From Chrysomallon squamiferum (taxonomy: Eukaryota > Animalia > Mollusca), in the NCBI GenBank assembly GCA_012295275.1, contig CM022670.1, forward strand, positions 38,130,001 to 38,194,000: a stretch of 64,000 nucleotides of DNA, given 5' to 3'. The stretch's first letter is position 1, and each line of letters starts with the position of its first letter. Below the pieces are notes generated by a model, which worked only from the letters and a program-made list of their open reading frames with translations, ran no database searches and was not told the origin of the DNA. The translations under genes were made by a program, and so were the position numbers. Positions 27,908 through 42,321 of this stretch are shown here, piece after piece.

Positions 27908-29790
27908 TTATAATTATTATTATTATTATTTTAATTGACATCATCACCATCATTATCATGTTCATTATCATTATTATTTTTAGTGATGTTGTTGTTATTA
28001 TTATTATTATTATTACTACTACTACTATTATTATTATTATTATTACTACTACTACTACTATTATTATTATTATTATTACTACTACTACTACTATTATTAT
28101 TGTTGTGGTTCTGTTGTAGTTATTGTTGTTATATTTATTATTATCATTATAGTTATATTGTTGTTTAATCAGAAATATTATTTATTTATTTATTTATTCT
28201 AAATCCTAAGATAAGGAATCTTCAATCAGCACACTATGGCAGACTATTTACAATTATCAGAAACAAATATTTGTCTACAGACAGCACTTACCATTACATT
28301 TGACACAAGAATCATGAAATACTGGAACAAGATAACTATTACATTACACCTGTTACATAAACCTTACCCATATTTATTTATTTTCAATTACAATTCACTG
28401 GAGTAGCAAAGGCTTGTTAGATTCCAAGAGAACAAGAATAAAAGTATGTCTGGTAAGTTACTCTGTGATTTCTGCTAAACTATAAAATTTTGGCAACTTT
28501 CAGTAAGAATCTTGTCAACTAGCAACACACCAGACTGAGTCTAACCCTGACAAAAATGAGACTCATGTAAAATTCATAAATATATTTTTTAAAAACCCAC
28601 AACAAAAAAAAAAAAACTATCATAATCAGAACAGTGCTTATTCCTGCCCTTTTGAACATTTATTGACTCACACTTCAGAAAAAAAAGCCTACACATACTA
28701 AAGAGCTTCATCACTGAATACTGAAATGTTTATGCAGTTATTTCTGACCCTAAATTATCGAATTATTGGGAAAATATTCCAAACATCTTAGCTGTTTTGT
28801 GAAGAGGACATAATTTAATTCGACAAGGGGGTGGCATTCTTGTCTGCAGCCAAAGTACCATCAAAATCCTTGCAGATAACGTTTTCCAAATAATGGTCAT
28901 GTTTTGTGTAATAGAATTTTGTTGATCGATAGGAAGAGCTTGTAGAATGTACCTGAAGCCAGTCTTTCACTGTGTTACAGTTTCTCTGGCATAAAGTAGA
29001 TGGGATCCTGTCTAACTAAGACAGCATGCATTCACATCAAGCTCTGAGGGATGCTATGGTCTATAATAGCTGCACTTACCAGAGGAAGTGGGCAAATAAT
29101 CAATACTTGGTAATTCCATTTTGTGAGCTGTCGTCTGTAACAACATTGTTGCCTCATGATGTCCAAGAAAAGACTTTTCTACACACCCGATCGTGATAAA
29201 ACAAATTTTGATTTTCAGATGACCTTTTTTATTTTTATCTTTTTTAAATTAAAAAAAAAAAAAAAAAAATTCTTCTTTTCTTTCGTTTTAAAATCTTTTT
29301 TCCATTTTAAAAAACATTTTTTATCTTTTTTTTTCATATCTTGTTCTTTTCTTTTTTTCTTTTTTAATAATTTTTTGGTTATTTATTTATTTTTTTTTTT
29401 TTATCTTTTCTCTCTTTTTATTTCAAAATTTAGTTAATTAAGGAAAGAGAAATACCAGTCTATGAATGACAGGTTCTATTACTGTTCTAATATAAAATGA
29501 TGAAGATTTGGAGTCAGTTCATATGAAAGCTTTTTTTTTTTTATTTATTACCTTACATTTTTTTTTCACCATTTTTGTAATTTATTATTTTAATTTTTTT
29601 TAATTTTTGCTTTATCTGAACTAAAAAATAATGAGACACAGTTATCTGAAATCAAAAACAATATTAAAAGTATTGCAGTTTGGCAAAGATTCAGACTTGC
29701 AGAACCAATGGTGCAATCTGAGCAATGTCAGAGAAAGTTGAATGTAGGAAATCAGTTGTTCCAGATCAACTGGGTTTTAATTTATACTTT

Positions 29791-29830
<40 letters not shown>

Positions 29831-30599
29831 CATTTTTAGAGATAATTATAGCATCAGCCTGGACACTTTTTTTACAAAGCTATTTTATAAATGAGTCAAA
29901 ATGGCTGAAAAGTAGCCTAAGTCAGTCATTTCTTTCACATGTTTTTATTTATTTATTAATTTTATTAATTTTATTTTTAATTTTAAAACATAATTCTTAA
30001 AAAAAATTATATTATTGTTGTTGTTATCATCATCATCATTATTTATTATTATTATCATTAAAATTATAATTATTCTTCTTCTTATTATTATTATATTTTT
30101 TCTTTTGCACGCTTTAAAAAAAAAAATTATTTATGTATATGCTTTTCTGTTACAGTTATGGCACATTTCTTACTATTTAATTCATTAGATTATGGAAGCA
30201 TGTTAATTCTTACATTATATAAATGTAAAAAAAAAAAGATTCTGATGCCAGCAAGATGATAAAAATATGATATTTTCCACAATCAGGACTGTTGAATTAG
30301 AGTTTGAAAGCTGGCACATAATGCTTCATTAGCCTAATTACCAAACCATTATGATAATTACTGCCATGTTAAGCATTTGCCAACTGTACAGGTTTCTTAG
30401 ATACTCACATATACTATCTTCCATAACAAGATATTAATTTAGCATAATCTAAACGATCGTTATGTTTGGTTAAACAAAGTGAAAAAAATGAAGGTTAGAT
30501 AGGAAAAAGATGAAATAATGACAGCGTCTGTGTTAAAAACTGCTGTAAATAAATTTAAAAAGTAATTTATGGGAAAAAAAAGGAAAAGGATTTGTATGA

Positions 30600-30900
30600 G
30601 TAAAATGAAACAGAAGTGAATGAGTCGAATGAAACATCTGATTAGATCAGATGAGTAAGTGAAACATATCTAAGTTAAAAGAGACAGATGAAACATATCT
30701 GGACAGGGTTAACTGAGTAATTGAAACACATCTAAGTTAAAAGAGACAAATGAAACATTCGTTTAAGTTAAATGAGACAGACAAAACCTATTTGTATAAG
30801 TTAAAAAAGACATGTGGAACAGAACTAAATGAGTTTTGATGAAATGCTGGTAACTGAGTAAAATGAAACATGTCTGTGTTCAGTGAGATCGGTGAAACAA
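30600..30900. repeat. Degenerate minisatellite, about 30 bp (TGAAACA[T/C]ATCTAAGTTAAAAGAGACA.A)
   Basis: TGAAACA...AGTTAAA.GAG recurs about every 30 bp. Confidence 0.65.
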
Positions 30901-30994
30901 AATTAAAAATGAATAAATTTTTGTTCAAGAAACTGAACAATTAAAACGTTTTAAACAGCAATTTTTTTTTGTCATTGTTTTTTTTTTTTTTTTT

Positions 30995-31042
<48 letters not shown>

Positions 31043-31047
31043 CATTA

Positions 31048-31103
<56 letters not shown>

Positions 31104-32303
31104 GCATTTTTTTTTTTTTTTTTTAAATGAAAGAGATAACTTGCCATCAATATTCTACTGGTTACTCTTACTGATAAGCATCAAGTGGTCCTTTAATTAA
31201 ACCTTCTCACAGACAGCTAAACTCTGGGATGTTGTTGTGAGAGACGAGAGTAAGGTCACAGAAATAAATCTCTCTTGAAAACCTCAGTCAGACATTTTTC
31301 TTGGTCTCAAGTGGATTTTGTCATCTGATTATTTTGCTTCTTTGCACTGGATTTAATTTTTTTACAAAAATAACTGCAGGAATAACAACAGAAACAATAT
31401 AATGATGATGAAGATGATGATGATGATGATGATGATGATTGATGATAATAATAATAATAACATTAATAAAAAATAATAATAATAACAGCAATAAAGCAAC
31501 ATTGTCAAAAGTGTTTGACAAAATTACAATCAATTTTTTTTATGAATAGTTATCATACATGCATTGTTTTCATCAGTTTGCAACAAAATATCCTTATTAC
31601 AGATTTCCTTAGGAAATAACAATAACAACAACAACAACAACAATGATGATGATGATGATGATGATTTAGCGACATATTCATAAAACTAAATCTAGCAAAA
31701 TGAAACAAATTTAATTGATATTACATATTTAATAACAACAACAACAACAACAACAACAATAATATTGATGATGATAATGATGATGATGATAATTTAGCAA
31801 AATAGTCATAAAATTAAATCAAGCAAAATTAAGCATGACAGAATCTTTAATATGCTATTAAACATTTAACAACAACAACAACAATAACAGTATCAAGATA
31901 TCAAACAAATATCAACTTCGGTTTTTGATACATTTTATGCATTAAATATTTAAAACCCTTGACAAAAAATCGTTTAGCGACTGCACAAGGCTATAACAGT
32001 GGCAGCTAAACCATGAACATAAAGTCAAACTGCATGTTATGAAATGAATTATTAATGGACCTTAGCACACACAACAGCACAAAATGGATGAGATTTTATT
32101 TTATTTTATTTTATTTTTTCTTCAGGGAGAGATTGGGAAAAAAAGTGAAACACATGAAATAATGTCTGTGTGAGTGTGAATGCAGGGATCAAGTTGAAAT
32201 GATGAAACAGGGTTTCTGATTTAAAATTGTGAAACGGATTGCAAGCTATTTAATCCTCAAACAGGTTCAAGGAAATAGCAGCTCATTTAATAACATCTTA
32301 TAC

Positions 32304-32349
<46 letters not shown>

Positions 32350-34079
32350 CACAGACATATACCCTCACACACACATACACAGACAAACATATGTTGTTTT
32401 TATGTTTTTTTTTTGTTTTAGATGAAATATTATTATTATTATCACCATTATTGTTATGGATAGTAGTAGTAATGGTACTAGTAGTAGAAGCAGTAGAAGT
32501 AGTAGAAGCAGAAGTAGTAGAAGTAGTAGTAGTAGGAGCAGCAGTAACTGTAGCAGTACAGGCACCCCATTATCATAAAACATTATCATCATTTACTTAT
32601 TAATTATTTATCATTTAATTATTAATTATTTATTAATTCATTATAATAATAATAAATATTATTATTGTTGTTGTTACTGTGTTATTATTATTATTGTGAC
32701 TTCTCACAGACAAAAAAGTACAATTCATTTATAAAGTCAAAACTTTTGAAGTTTCTAACATGATTACTGACATTAATGAAAAATATAAAATAATTTATTA
32801 AACTCATTAACACCAGAACTGAGAATTATTACCATACAGTCTACAATAGCCAGATATATCACTCCTACAAGGAATTATGTGTAATAAAACATCATTCATT
32901 ATCGTTTGTTTGATTCTGATTGGCTGAAATTAAAAATACACTGTCTTGTATGTCCTGCTGATAAAACATGGAGTGACAAAATGGCTGACATAATTGTTTT
33001 ACATGCAATGGCAATAAAAACTATTTTAGAGCTGAGCTAGTTGTAAAATATGCAACACAAAGTGAGCTGGGAAGGAGAGAATGTAAAGATGTGATAATTT
33101 GAGTAATAAATATTTTATCAGATTTTATTAAGTGCAGGCAAGTAAAAAAAATAAAAAATTAGTTTCGTATACTTATTTATTTTTATTTATTTATTTTTAT
33201 TTTTATTTTTTTTTTTTTTTTTATTTTTTTGTTTACTTATTTATTTATTTATTTTTTTTTATTTATTTATTGATTGATTTATTAGTTATTTATTCATTCA
33301 TTTACTTATTTATTTATTTACTTACTTACTTTTTTATTTATTTATTTATTTTATTTTATTTAATTATTTTTTTTATTTTTTTATTTACTTATTTATTTAT
33401 TTCATTTTATTTTATATATATCTTCCTTGTTAAATGCTAAACTTTTTGTATACAAATATGTATATTTATATTATTTAAAAAAAAAAAAAACCCCCCAACA
33501 ACAACAACAAGAAAACCCACATCCTGAAAATAAAATATTGATATAAAAAACCATGATCAAAAACGAAAATGAAATAATCTATAATCCTCACACAAACCGA
33601 AATAAAATATTGATAAAAAAAAACACAAAAAAATCCTTCAAATCTTATAAAAAAACCACAAATATAATATTCTACGACGATCAGAAACAATCCAGGATAA
33701 TATTATTTCAAAATAAAATATTTATAAGGAAAAAATATTCCTTGATCCGTCATCTACCGTATCGACAAATAACAACATTTGTCGCAGCAGATTCGGTGCA
33801 ATGACATCTTCTCTACCAATCAACATCGGTGTTTACACAGTCACAGCAACAGCATCGTTTGTTGTTGTTGCTGCTGTCTTTCTTTGCCCGAGCCTGCTGG
33901 GTGGCTCTATTGATTGAGCTGTTTATCACTAACAGGCACAAGGAAAGGCATTACTGGGAGTTAGATTGAAAATATGATAAACAACGGGTTATGAGGGTTT
34001 TTCTGTTGCGTCCAAAATTGCAATAGGTAGATAAAGACACATCAAAAAAAATAAATAAATGTAATGAAGGTACTGCGGT

Positions 34080-34605
34080 AATAATAATGGTGATGATGAT
34101 GATGATGATGATAATGGTAGTAATATGAATATGAATAATATGAATAATAATAAAGAAGATATGAAGATGATGACTATAAAGGCAGCAGTAATGATGATGA
34201 GGATAAAGATGATGATAATAATAGTAATATGAATAATATGAATAATAATAAAGATAAATAATATAAAGACAATAATGATAATATGAATAATAATAAAGAA
34301 ATATGAATATGAATAATAATAAAAAGATATGATGATTATAAAGACAATAATAATAATGATGATGATGATAAAGATGATGATAATAATAGTAATATCAATA
34401 ATAATAAAAATAATAAAGATATATGATGATCATGATGATTATAAAGACAGTGATCATGATGATTATAAAGACAGTAATAATAATGATGATGATTATGATG
34501 ATGATAATAATGATGAATGTCACTGTAATGATAATGATGATGATAATGATGAAGAAGATGATGACAATCATCATAATATCAATATTAATTTATATAATGA
34601 TAATA
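34080..34605. repeat. Compound (GAT/AAT)n low-complexity tract
   Basis: Direct reading; source of the M/I/D-rich pseudo-ORFs. Confidence 0.85.
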
Positions 34606-34652
34606 TCTGAGACAGAAAATATTCTGCTACATCATAAAGTTTTTTGTATTGA

Positions 34653-34735
34653 TTAGCAGTAAAGAAGAATTTTTTATGCACCTTCTCAGTAACATGAAAT
34701 CACATCTCACAGATTTTGGCTGGAATGGGAGAAAA
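34653..34735. mobile_element. Decayed fragment of an interspersed repeat (possible SINE relic)
   Basis: TTAGCAGTAAAGAAGAATTTTTTATGCACCTTC (34653-34685) is a diverged reverse complement of GAAGGTGCAATAAAAGATCACTTTGCTGCTAA at 42910-42941. The SINE identity is from recollection of gastropod repeats and is unverified. Confidence 0.35.
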
Positions 34736-35056
34736 AACGTCTTTGTTTCAATGAATTACAGAGTTTCAAGCTGAGAACCAAGCAGAAGACAAAACAGGCA
34801 AAATGTTTTCTGTCTAACCTATTAACCTACTAACCCGACATATTTTTATATATAAAAAACTAGTCCTTCAGTCAGTCTACGGTCATAAAAATGTGACAAG
34901 ACATTAATTTAAAACAGTCATCATAAAACAATGCTCTTCATGTAATAAAGAAAAAAACTTGTCTACAGATAGCAAATATATTTAATAACATATAACAGGG
35001 AAAATATTTTGAATTTGGAAATAAATATTAATACTGTGATTTTGGAAAAATCATTT

Positions 35057-35071
35057 TATATATATATATAT

Positions 35072-35166
<95 letters not shown>

Positions 35167-35250
35167 TATATATATATATATATATATTTATACATACACA
35201 CACACACTCACTTTTATATATGTATATATATATAAATACACACACACACA
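35057..35250. repeat. (AG)n tract of about 90 bp flanked by (TA)n and (CA)n
   Basis: Direct reading. Confidence 0.95.
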
Positions 35251-35386
35251 TTACTATTATCATTAATTTCCATTATTACAGTGAATGCTGAAAATCCATT
35301 CCTTATTTTTTAACAAACATTTTATATTCAAATGGCTTCTTTATTCACTTACAAAGGTACTCTTATAGTCAAAATAAACCCAACTG

Positions 35387-35423
<37 letters not shown>

Positions 35424-35543
35424 GATCTGGAAATGTCATAGCAGGTCTTGCATGAAAATATTTTCCCAGTTTTCATGGCAACATCAATTAAATCCGTCTC
35501 GATTCAGGTTGAATCGTTGAGAGATAAGACGCCAGGTTGGAGA

Positions 35544-35580
<37 letters not shown>

Positions 35581-35819
35581 CACAGTGTGTGTAACCTAAG
35601 CACAAAATAAAGGCAAGTCTCAAACACATGAGCTGGCACCCTCTGACTGACTGGGTAAGCAGCTTTCTAGAGACAAACCAGCAGATTACCACGCATCACT
35701 GGGCTGGCGATATTAAGAAGATAATGAAAATAAGTAACAGACCAAGTTATTGAAGCAATAATTTTTTTTTAATTTTTTTATATATATATATATACCGTTA
35801 TAAGCTTCATAAGTGTTTT

Positions 35820-36153
35820 GGTATGTGTGATGATATTGTGTGTGAGTGTGTGTGTGTGTGTGTGTGTTGGGTGTGTGTGTGTGTTTGCAGGTGGGTATGT
35901 GGGTGTGGGTGTGTATATGGGTAGGTGTGTGGGTGGGTATGTGGATAGGTGTGTTTGTGTGTGTGTGTGAGTATGTTTGTGTATGTGTGCTTGTGTGTAT
36001 TTCTGTCTTGGTATATGTATATATATATATGTATATATGTATGTCTTGGGATATATATATATATATATGTATGTCTAGGTATATATATATGTGTGTGGGT
36101 GTGTGTGTGTGTGTGTGAGTATATATGTTTGTATGTGTATATATATATATATA

Positions 36154-36190
<37 letters not shown>

Positions 36191-36345
36191 ATTTACGTAT
36201 GTATGTATGCATATATCTATATATGTATGTGCATATCTATGTATGTATGTATGTATGTATGTGTGCATGTTTATGGGTGTGTGTGTATATACTTATATGT
36301 ATGTATCTATATTTGCATGTTTGTGTGTATTTGTGGCTGTGTTTA
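35820..36345. repeat. Compound (GT)/(TA)/(TATG)n microsatellite block
   Basis: Direct reading; explains the overlapping VC/HT/YI pseudo-ORFs. Confidence 0.92.
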
Positions 36346-36984
36346 CATGTTTTTATACAACACTCTACAGTATTTTTATTTGTCTGATAATTAAAAATGT
36401 TGTTGGAGCAGAAAATGAGATAAACAGCAGATGGGATCGATTGTGTGTTCCATGGAAAACTGAAACTGAGACAGAACAAACAGATGTGTGCACTTAGCTG
36501 TTACTTTCTAGAATTCTAGTCATTGTCAGGGTGCATTCTTGACTATTTCCCAATCCAGCCAGGAGCCTCGTGATTGGTGGTTAAACTTAGGTTTTGTGGT
36601 ATGTGGTTTCCTGTTCGTGTAAGATATCCCATGTTGTTTGTTATCAGCAAGAGAATCCCATGAAATGCACACTGAGGTTTTCTTCTTTCTCGTATCATTA
36701 TTATATGAATATGAATAACTGATATACTTTATTTATTTTTATTATATGTTGAGTTGTCATTAAATATTTATTCAGTGGGTATCGAAGAGTGGAACAAAAA
36801 GAAATAGAGAGAGAGAGAGAGAGCAAAAAATTAAAGAGCAAAAGAGAGAGAGATTTACAGAGAGAATAAAAGAAAAGAGAAAGATTCAGAGAGAGAGAGA
36901 GAGAGCAAGAGAGAGTTAGATGGAGAAAGTCAGACACAGACAGAGAGAGAATGAGATTAAAATAAAGGAAAACAAGGGAGATAT

Positions 36985-37018
<34 letters not shown>

Positions 37019-37519
37019 GTAATGAGTGCAAAAAGTCCAGAAAGGACAATTAATATGTATGCGAGGTTTATTTATATTCATGTATTAACATTCCTTCCAT
37101 GTTCCAGTGTAATTAACAGTGTGTGTATGATCATGCAAGAAAGCAGGTTTCTCTCTGATTATTAACATTCTTGCTCGGAACATGTGTTTATAAACAGTCC
37201 CACACATAATGATGCTCTAATACACATGAACTTGGCAAACCTAACTAATGATAATGACTGAAATTTACAGCCGAGTTAATTATCTCATAACTCGTTAAGG
37301 CTAATCATTATCATTTTCTCTGTTTTCTCATTTTGTTCCTCAAAGAGGACAAGAAATGCTTTTACGTTTAATATTAGCTGACAACCAGCTTCAGATAAAT
37401 CTCAAATTTTTGTTAGTAATAATAATAATAATATTCCTTTTTTTTTTCTTGTTTATTTGTTTCAAATTATATTATAGTTATTCAGTAGCATGCTCTGTCT
37501 CTGTCTCTCTATTTCTTTT

Positions 37520-37609
<90 letters not shown>

Positions 37610-38014
37610 TTTTCATTTCACACATCATTTGATAATAAATATGAATAAACATGAACAAGCATTCTACTTACTTTGTATGTATTATTAGTGAGAGTTAACA
37701 ATTCTGAAACAAAAAATTTCCCATGTGCATGTTGCTGTTAACACTGTCAAAAATCACACAAAAACACAGTGCCCAACACACACAATAAAATCAGACTGTA
37801 TCAGACTCATCAATAAACATTTATATCAAAAACTGTTTAGATCAACAGAATGTGTGCTTCCCTTGGGTTCAGACATGTTAAATCATAGACAGAAGATGAA
37901 ATGATTAGGAAGTTTTTACTTTTTTGTTTTCATGTTTGTTTGATACAAGAATTTTTGTTTTCACAGCACTGTTAAAATTGAATAAAAATGTACCTAAAAA
38001 TTGTATAATTATTA

Positions 38015-38469
38015 TACAAACACAGAGATAAACACAGAAACACATACATATATATACATGAATACATACATATATACATAAATATTTACATAAATACATA
38101 CATACATACATATTTACATAAGTACATACATACATAAATACATACATACATACATATATACATAAATACATATATAAGTACATACATCCATCCATCCATC
38201 CATCCATCCATCCATCCATACAAACATACATATATATACATAAAACACAGAGGGAGACACACACATAGATATATATACATACACATACATACAAAAACGT
38301 ATGCATAGGTACACACATATATACATGCATGCACATACAAATAAATGTATACATAGCCATCATGTACACACATACAGACACACAACACACACACACTCTC
38401 ACACATACAGACACAAACACACACACTCACACACATACAGACACAAACAATCACACTCACACACATACA

Positions 38470-38522
<53 letters not shown>
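38015..38522. repeat. Compound (CATA)/(CATC)/(CA)n microsatellite block
   Basis: Direct reading. Confidence 0.92.
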
Positions 38523-38832
38523 TAAGTAAATACATAACATTTCTGTATGCCATTCACCGAAGATGACAACATTTAAAAAGATGTTTATAATTTATAAAAG
38601 TAACACATCAAAACCCACTTGTAAAAATGTTTAATTAAGTGACCACTCCTGATAGTGTTTTCCACTGACAAGTTAATTTACTGTCAAACTGAAAAGTAAT
38701 TTGTAATCAAACAGCAGTTAATGACTCCAGCAGGAGAACGAAATCAGCCAGTAATTAAATGTCTGGTAGTAACCATTAAAACATGCGTGGTGACCTTTGT
38801 AGTTCAATAACAAACAGAAATATTGAAATATT

Positions 38833-39102
38833 GAAATATTGCTTGTGTAAACACAATGTTGAAATATTGCTTGTGTAAACATGATGCTGAAATATTGTTT
38901 GTGTAAACATGATATTGAAATATTGCTTGTGTAAACATGATATTGAAATATTGCTTGTGTAAACACTATGTTGGAATATTGCTTGTTTAAACATGATAAT
39001 GAAATATTGCTTGAGTAAACATTATATTGAAATATTGCTTGTGTAAACATGATGCTGAAATATTGCTTGTGTAGACATTATATTGAAATATTGCTTGTTT
39101 AA
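38833..39102. repeat. 28-bp minisatellite (GAAATATTGCTTGTGTAAACATGATATT), about 10 copies
   Basis: GAAATATTG at 38833, 38861, 38889 and onward with a 28-bp period. Confidence 0.93.
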
Positions 39103-39852
39103 AGTAATACATCTGTAAAAAAAAAAACACCTAGAATATTGCTTTATAATAAAATAAAATAAAAATAAAAATATTTATTCTTATACTGAAATAATGTTTG
39201 TGTAAACTGTGACATTTGTTGACATGTTTTTTGTAACTAAATAATAATAATATATTTTTAAAATAATGTCTTTATTGTTAAATGAAAGATATTACAAATA
39301 ATATATATACAAATAAAATAACAGTTGGTCATACTGTCAACATGTTGACATTATGTTTACAATTAAATGAAAGATATTTATAAAAAAATACAGTTATTTT
39401 TATGTTGAAATAGTTTTAACAATCATTTATTGTTATGTTGAAATATTGTTTATAATTATTTATTGTTATAATGTTGGAATATTTTTTTAATAATTATTTA
39501 TTGTTATGTTGAACTAATGTCTACAATTACATTTCGTAAAAAACATGTTTGTAAACAAATCATGTACCACAAATTAAGTAACAATTAGTAACATTTATCA
39601 TGCTGTTGACCTTCTGTTTTACAATTAAATGAAAGACATTTACAAACAGTATACCTCTAATCAAACAGCAGTTAATGATGCTTGTTGACATTATGTTCAC
39701 AATTAACTAGCAGACTAATAACAACACCCACAATCACAACAGCAAAGATATTATTTACAATTACTGTGCTGGGGGCCATCATTTGATTAAATAACAATGG
39801 CTGACAAATAACATGAAATTATTTAACCAAGGCTTTGGTTAGGGAGGGAATG

Positions 39853-39912
<60 letters not shown>

Positions 39913-40841
39913 GTAATTGTCTGCTGCTGCTGAAGAAGGTAGGCAGACATGTAAAGCAGAGGTTTTTATGCTGTGTTAAGCAATTGACAGTGATTAGAAG
40001 CATTTCCAAGGTAAACATGAATGAACTGTGGTGGCTAAATATGTCATAATCGTTAGTTATCGGCAAATATGGTTCTGTTTGTATTTGATGTTATTCTTGT
40101 GAAAACTGATTCTAGTTTAAAAAAATAAAATAAAATAAAAATTCTAGGGAAAAAAAAATTAAGAATGAAAATATAAATATGGACTGTTAATAGTAAATGA
40201 TAGATGATATTCCTGTGAAATCTGATTCTAGTCCAAAAAAATAATAAAAATAAAAAAATAAAAAACTGTGGGAAAAACAATATTATGAAAATGAAAATAT
40301 AAACATCGATTGTTTTTTTTAAAAGTTAAAATGTGTTGTTCTCATGAAATCTGATACTAAAAAAACCCAACAGAGGATGAAAATATTTATTATGAAACTG
40401 AAAATATAAACATGGATTGTTCGGGTTGAAATGTCTGCTTCAAATGTTTGTTATTCCTGTCAAATCTGATCTCAGTTATTAAAAAAAGATGGAGAGAGAG
40501 AGAAAAAGAAATTAATTATGAAAATAAAAATACAAACAATGAAAAATTGTGTAAAATATCAAACCATCAAATTAGAGAAAATATAATATTAAATATTTAG
40601 TTGCTGTTAATTATTATTCCTATGAAATACTAACAAAACAAAAAATGTAAAGTTTGGTTATATTAACAGAGTTAAAATTATTCCTTAGTGAAATTTAGTA
40701 ACTCCAAAAAATAAAAGAGAAAATATGCAAAATAATATCCTTTAATACCAAAAATTTTGTAAATAAAAATTAATCCAATCAAATTCTGACTCATGTAGAA
40801 ATACAACTTGAAAAAACTCACAGAAAATATAGATATAAAAA

Positions 40842-40880
<39 letters not shown>

Positions 40881-41681
40881 GACATTAAAATACAATTTGA
40901 ATATCAATAAGCTTTAGTGTGTGTAAATATGTTTCCCATTACCATAGCAACACAGCCAACAAAAGAGAAACATTGTTTTGAATCCAAAAACACAGCAGAA
41001 ATGAAAACAGTTTTGCATCAAACACTTAAGTTTATCAAAGACTATGTGTCATTAAAAACAATATTTATGAACAACATGAGAGCTTATGATGTACAAATAT
41101 CTGTTTAACCTGCAGACAGACGCATAAGTAAAGACACACACAAAATAATCGTATGTGAAGTACATATATAATATACGTATATAATGCATGTGTATAAAAC
41201 ATATCTATAATACGCAGGTATAATACATGTGTATCATCTAATAATCAATACTGTGAGAAGTTGCTTATTCCATGTTTCACACCTAATTAAACAAATATTA
41301 ATACTAAGCTGATGCATCCATTTGCTTGTAATCCTGGATTCCTTGCAAAGAACGGTAGAAAATATTCACATATATATAAAAAATAAAGAAATTTTTAAAA
41401 AGACATTCTAAGAACCCAGCATTTTTGTTTCCATGAAGGCCAAACGCTGCTAATGGAAACAACCCAAGCACTAATGGAAACATGAATGGTATTAATTTTT
41501 GTCATTTAGTGTATGATGTCAATAATCACTGGGAGAGGCAAAGGCAACTGTTTGTGATTGCCACAGAGAGAGAAGACAATGAGAGCCGAGCTTGCTGTGA
41601 AAAAAAGAGAGCAAACACAGAAACACACACACACAGAGAGAGAGAGAGAGACAGGACAACCAGACTACAGACAAGTCTTAC

Positions 41682-41960
41682 CTTCTTAATGTCCTTTTTT
41701 TTTTATTTTCTGTTCTGTTTTTCAGCCCGATGAAGATCCTAGTCGGATACGTAGTTCAGTCCCTTGAGGATAGAGTCGTCACACCTGCTTTGTAACATTC
41801 ACCCACGAAAACCTTCTGTCCACTTCGATTATGTATCATGTAGACATGCCAGCCAATCAGAAGCGGCCTCTGGAATAAATCACATGACTATGACACAAGG
41901 AATCAATATGCGACTGGGCAGTTCAGGTGACGGAAGTCGACTTACTTGGAGCTGGGAAGA
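41682..41960 (-). promoter_or_regulatory. Candidate distal promoter and non-coding first exon of neurocalcin
   Basis: Strong minus-strand donor AAGAAG|GTAAGA (exon end 41682) in a locally CpG-enriched stretch. Immediately upstream lie AGCCAATCAG (NF-Y, 41851-41860), TCACATGA (USF/MITF-type E-box, 41880-41887) and CGGAAGT (ETS, 41931-41937), with a further CCAAT box at 42455-42464. The TSS cannot be determined from sequence. Confidence 0.5.
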
Positions 41961-42252
41961 TGTTGGCAGAGCAAATCATTTTTCACATTTGTCATTTTGG
42001 GGCTGTTTTTTTTTTTTTTTTTTTCTTTTTCTTTATTTGCAGAATGAATACCAGAACCAGAACAACAAATTACCAAAAAACCATTATCAGACAAGCATCT
42101 TTCTGCAGACATTTTGTACACAGCATTGAGAAGCATTGGTATAAAAGACTATTGATTGGAGAAAGACCTTTCAATGGTAACTGTCTGGTAATGTTTTCAT
42201 GAAGAATGTAAACTGCAATAAATAACTTGAGTCTGTTTGGAGCTTCGGTCTG

Positions 42253-42321
<69 letters not shown>

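Noticed and set aside
34329-34610. ORF containing DYKDSDHDDYKD, reminiscent of a FLAG/3xFLAG tag
   Set aside because: Not the real tag sequence. It is embedded in a natural (GAT/AAT)n tract with similar ATAAAGA units nearby, and no vector sequence is present.
36560-36625. Weak tRNA/SINE-head-like A and B box pattern
   Set aside because: Too degenerate; no cloverleaf can be drawn.
35807-38553. Many 70-180-aa ORFs rich in VC, HT, YI, ER and LS, and poly-L/poly-I ORFs elsewhere
   Set aside because: Translations of di-, tri- and tetranucleotide microsatellites, open in several frames on both strands.
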